Shown: piece by piece, positions 63,688 through 64,000 of the stretch | How positions within the stretch are numbered: the stretch's first letter is position 1 | Layout: each line of letters starts with the position of its first letter | NCBI RefSeq assembly: GCF_006345805.1 | Contig: NC_042998.1 | Span: 62,062,001 to 62,126,000, forward strand | DNA length: 64,000 nt | Source of the DNA: Octopus sinensis | Lineage: Eukaryota | Reading direction: 5' to 3' | The notes under the pieces: model-generated | Told to the model about the DNA's origin: nothing | Seen by the model: the letters and a program-made list of their open reading frames with translations, nothing else | Databases searched by the model: none | Program-made: the position numbers and the translations under genes

Positions 63688-63985
63688 TTCCTCTAAGTAT
63701 CCACTCCCAGCTTCCACCATAGCCTCAAGATGGCCCTGGAACCTGGCACATGCATTCCTCACTGTGTTTCTGGGAAGATCTTCAAAAACGTCCTTCATCA
63801 TGGCCACCAGCTCAAGCATTTTGTTGTCAGCAGAGCAGTCTTTCTCAACTGCACCTGATGCATAGTAATGTATGGGATTACAATCAGAGGAATTAGCAGA
63901 CTAGAAATTGGGGCTGGTGAAGTCATAGAAGTTCTCCAACAACCACTTCTGAATCTTTCTGGAAGTATGGCAACAAGCCAAAACC
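63688..63985 (-). pseudogene. Tc1/mariner-superfamily (maT-like) transposase C-terminal relic
   Basis: ACCHTSRKIQKWLLENFYDFTSPNF*SANSSDCNPIHYY...RNACARFQGHLEAMVEAGSGYLE resembles APCH..WPPNSPDCNPLDY. Confidence 0.65.
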
Positions 63986-64000
63986 TCCTCAAAAGAAAGC

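Overview
Eukaryotic, AT-rich, microsatellite-laden DNA made almost entirely of nested transposable-element relics. The repeat repertoire resembles an octopus/cephalopod genome (inference from family resemblance, not verified). No host protein-coding exon, true tRNA/rRNA gene or CRISPR array can be supported, and most listed ORFs are microsatellite or repeat artefacts. Recognisable content: RTE-clade LINEs (one 5'-truncated RT+PHD copy and about 20 3'-end fragments with (TGA)n tails), R4/Dong-like RLE LINE relics in (TAA)n, a CR1-like fragment, a Penelope-like (PLE) RT fragment, several tRNA-derived SINE families, full-length decayed mariner and Tc1 elements, hAT and pogo-like MITEs, non-autonomous Helitrons, an ORF1-only L1/Tx1-like insertion with a 16-bp TSD, and a near-identical 2.99-kb tandem duplication. 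The most notable layer is non-coding: about 15 minimal type-I hammerhead-ribozyme (HHR) motifs, found by eye, in fold-back and partial-tandem (retrozyme-like) elements. One family (4 copies) carries a compensated G3-C8 catalytic core, and the loops of its two fold-backs are copied from nearby flanking DNA. None of the ribozyme calls has been tested computationally or experimentally.
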